A DNA stretch of 64,000 nucleotides, taken from positions 1,612,001 to 1,676,000 of the forward strand of contig CM068775.1 of assembly GCA_035084275.1 (NCBI GenBank). The letters are read 5' to 3'. Positions 60,287-64,000 of this stretch are shown here, in pieces; position 1 is the first letter of the stretch; every line of letters starts with the position of its first letter. The stretch is from Hydrolagus colliei (lineage: Eukaryota). The notes below the pieces were generated by a model that worked only from the letters and a program-made list of their open reading frames with translations, did not search any database and was not told the DNA's origin. Position numbers and translations under genes: made by a program.

Positions 60287-61230
60287 ACAACAACAACAAC
60301 AACAATAAATTAGACTTATAGTATGCCTTTCACGTCAGGAGGACGTCCCAAGGCGCTGCACAGGAGATGTGTGACCCGAGCTGGGAGGGGAGGGGACTGT
60401 TCGGGAGGTGGTAGAAAACGTGGGGGAGGTCGAATAATTTGGGGGGTAACAGAAGGCATGGTCGAAAATGAAATTCTTCAAACCGGCCTTGAAAGAGGAA
60501 ATGGAGGTAAGAAGGTGGAGGGATTGGGGGATGGAATTCCATGGAGTGAGAGCGGAGAAACTGAAGGCCCGGCCTCCGATGGTGGGGCGGTTCGGGCGGG
60601 GGGCTTGGAGCAAACCAAGTCCTGCTGAACGGAGGGTCTGGGTGGGCTTATAGGGGGAGAGTAAATCGGATAGATAGTGTGGGCCAAGGCCATGTAAGGC
60701 CTTGAAAACGAGGATAAGGATCTTGAACTCGATCCTCTGGGGGATGGGGAGACAGTGGATACGGGCGAGGATGGGGTCATGGAAGCCGGTGCGGGACAGT
60801 TACACGGGCTGCTGAGTTTTGGATGACCTGCAGCCTGTGAATGGAGGAGCTGGGGAGGCCAACGAGGAGAGAGTTTCCGTAGTCCAGCCATGAGGTGATG
60901 TACGCGTGCACGAGTGTTTTGGCAGCGTGGGGGGTGAGGTAGTTGCAGAGCCTAGCAATGTTGCGCAGGTGGAAATAAGCAGTGCCGATCAAGGCACGGA
61001 TGTCGGGGAGGAAGGATAGTTTATGGATGAACGTGATGCCGAGGTTCCTGACTGGCGTTGTGAGGTGGAGAGTACAGCTTGGATGTTGAAGCTGGCAGCG
61101 CCTGATGTGCGGAGGCGCTGCCTTGAGCCAATCAGGAGGTCCTTGGTCTTGCTCACATTCAATTGGAGGAAGTTGTCCCTCGTCCAGGACTCAATGTCGG
61201 GCAGGCATGCTGTCACACCATCGATGGTCT
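60287..61230 (-). mobile_element. L2 insertion specific to unit D, with 6-bp TSD
   Basis: GACTTA at 60281-60286 and 61231-61236, (aac)n tail, and L2 RT remnants (LQLNVSKTKDLLIG, LDYGNSLL). Empty site aagacttagtcttg in units B and C. Confidence 0.88.
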
Positions 61231-61749
61231 GACTTAGTCTTGACTGTTCCTTCTTCAGACACTGCTATATCGTGACTCCAAGTTCCACAAACTTCTTTTC
61301 TTTCTTCTTCGATCCTCAATTCGATTCCCCCCTTTTATGTTCATCACGTGATATTTTCACCCAGTTTCTTTTGCAAGAGGGTTCCTCTGCAAAACCAAAT
61401 GTTGCTCAGCTGTCTCTCCACCTGCAGACCACTTCTCCATGTGAAACACACAAATAAGGCCTGGGAAACGGTTTGTCAAATTTAACCAGTTTGTTGTCTC
61501 TTCTGCGAAGCCGGTCACAACCAGCTCCCATCGTTGTGAAGCCGGCCACAACAACAACAGCAAACCTCCACTTGTACCGGATCCCAATAGAAGCGAACGA
61601 CCAATCACATATCTCAAATATCTATTGTTAATATAATTGAGACATTAATTTAATACATTACCTACAGAGCTTACAGTAAAGTAGGAAAGTTTCCCGCTTT
61701 GTGAAGATAGTCACCAATGTAAGTGAAGTTGCACCGCGTTTGTCGCCAA

Positions 61750-62681
61750 TTACTTTCCTACCGTTTTTTCCTGCTGTTTTATCCTTAATTTAGCAATGAT
61801 ATGAAAGGGATAAACTAACCCTTTCTTAAACTCCTCTCTGAACTTACTCTGAGTTAACGCATATATACAGGTGTTTGCACAGCAATTCAACATTTGCAGC
61901 ATGAGTCCGGTTTCTTGGACAATATATTGGGTGCTATTGACCAATGTTTCACTATAACTATAATTGGAAAGTTGCCATATGACAGAATGTACAACATAAG
62001 TTGTCCACAAAACTATAAAACTGCCTGATATGGCGAACAGTAAAATTATGGATTTTCTTCGGTTTTCCAACTCGGGATCAATAGTTTTCTCAGCATTTCT
62101 CTGACCCCGCAGCCTCCTGCGGACTTTACTGGCCATCAGAATGTGTCTGATAATCATAGTGTTGAACAGGCAAATCAAAGCAAACACAAACAGTGGATTA
62201 AAAGCACGGATAAACCTTTCGAATAATTTCCAGGTGAGCAAAGTATAAATGTTTGGTTTGAAGACACAGTACCACGGGGTATTGTTAATTATCAACTGAG
62301 GAACAAATAAAAAGTAACAGGGAATGCTGACTGAGCAGCAAATGACAGACAGAGTTACAATAACCACTGTGGCCGTTCTCTCCGTGCAATATGTTGGTTT
62401 CAGATTTTGGCAGCAAATGGCGACATATCGGTCAAAACTGAAAGCAACAGTGAACCACAAAGACATGAGCATCGCTGCAGCCACAAAGACAACTCTAACA
62501 CTGCATAATGGAGTGTAGAATAAGAAATTTAATGGGAAATACAGATTGTTAATTTGGTTTAACAACACATCCACAACGACAACCAGGAGATCCGCGGCTG
62601 CCATGGACACCAGATAGCGAGTGACGCATTTTGAGAGACCACAGTTTCCTCTTGAAAGGATCACTATCGCCAGCAAATTAA
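61750..62681 (-). CDS. GPR139-like GPCR exon 2, unit D (intact; exon 1 expected beyond the window end)
   Basis: Open 7TM frame with a DRY motif and CCANTCIY. Acceptor at 62682/62681. Confidence 0.88.
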
Positions 62682-64000
62682 CTGTGTGAAGGAAAGAAAA
62701 TAGGAAAAATTATTCACATGAATACAGGTGTGAGATGAGGAGTTTAAGGCTGTGTCATATTTGGTTGTTTATCCTTTGAGTTGATTCAATTCCTTGAGAA
62801 CATCGTCCATATCTCAAACCTTTAGGATACCTTTCATACAGGTTCGAATTGTGGCCTTGTTGTAAGGTAGCCTGCATTAAACAATCAGCAAAATTATTTC
62901 TCCTGATTCTTTCCAAAGTGTTACTCTTGAACCTTACCTTAGCTCACCAGCCACCTCCTGTTGCTCAAAGATCAGGTGTCGGGCGCTGAACGTACCTGGC
63001 TCAAATCTGGTCTAATGGTCCACTGGCATATCTGGCACATCAAAAACTACTTCTCTGCCCTGGTCTCCAGCAAATTGTACTTCTACTCCAGGATAATCCA
63101 GGACAACCACAAGTTCCTATTCTCCACAACAAACCAGTTCCTCCACCCTTCCCCGTCCACCTCTCAGATCCTCTCCTCCAACTCCCACTGTGAGGAGATG
63201 CTGGAAGACCTTGAGTCCAAAATCGAGGGAATCCACTTAGCTGTCACCACCCTTAGAACTTTTGCCCCCACACACCACCCTCCCACACCCCAACATCTAC
63301 CTATTCCTACTCTGTGCAATTTGCCTGCTGCGTTTTGCCCACAAATATACAGTTAATTTTCCTACTCGTCTTCATCCTGCCCCGATCCCTCCCCCCATGC
63401 TCTTGTCCCTACCAAACTGTACAGTGCCTTGGGCCGTCCTCTTGACATGAAAGGCGNNNNNNNNNNNNNNNNNNNNNNNNNNNNNNNNNNNNNNNNNNNN
63501 NNNNNNNNNNNNNNNNNNNNNNNNNNNNNNNNNNNNNNNNNNNNNNNNNNNNNNNNNNNNNNNNNNNNNNNNNNNNNNNNNNNNNNNNNNNNNNTCAGAA
63601 TGGATGAGGATGGGGAGAACCTGTCTCCCCATCCTCTGTCATCACAACCGTATCTTCTATGAAGTCCACCAGCTGTTCCCTGAATCCCATCCCGACTCGA
63701 CTCCTTACCACCCAGCTCCACTTCCTTACCCTACTACTTGCCGACACAGTCAACCTGTCCCTTTCATCCGGATCGTTGTCGTCCTCTTCATAACAGCCAC
63801 TATCACATCAATAAATCTTCCGGTGATATATTGCACCTATATTCTCCTGATTGGATCCTGTCAGCAACTCCACAACTGAGGCACTGGCAGCATCGGCTTC
63901 CAAGGCTGCACTCTCCATCTCTCAAAGTCAACCAAGCCTGGGTATCTTGTTCTACACTTAATTGTCCTGCCTCCCCCACATCAACACCACTGCAACATTG

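Noticed and set aside
1-64000. CRISPR arrays, rRNA genes or prokaryotic systems
   Set aside because: None seen. The sequence is intron-containing vertebrate DNA, and its repeats are microsatellites, transposons or segmental duplications.

Overview
Eukaryotic genomic DNA, almost certainly from a cartilaginous fish, inferred from a cluster-type IgH V-D-D-J unit, shark-type CR1/L2/Deu-SINE repeats and the expanded GPR139-like GPCR family. It is dense in retroelements and has four N gaps. Main content: (1) four paralogous two-exon class A GPCR genes, one on + at about 4 kb and three on - at about 38, 51 and 62 kb, of which one is a double-nonsense pseudogene; (2) a compact non-rearranging IgSF gene at 16977-28010 (+) with a leader, three pre-joined VJ-type V domains and two tandem copies of a TM exon, the first frameshifted; (3) a degenerate IgM-like VH-(D)-D-JH cluster at 28.9-31.0 kb (-), with recognisable RSSs, a solo LTR in the leader splice site and no visible constant exons, converging on the triple-V gene; (4) a tandem array of roughly 11-13.5 kb units that co-duplicate the VH region and the GPCR, with the VH lost progressively along the array; (5) a CpG island with an orphan signal-peptide exon; (6) hAT, pogo-like, Penelope-like, CR1, L2 and SINE remnants and simple repeats. 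The best candidate for an undescribed system is the triple-VJ receptor next to a C-less IgH cluster and the IgHV-GPCR cassette array. All identities are judged by eye; no alignments or database searches were run.
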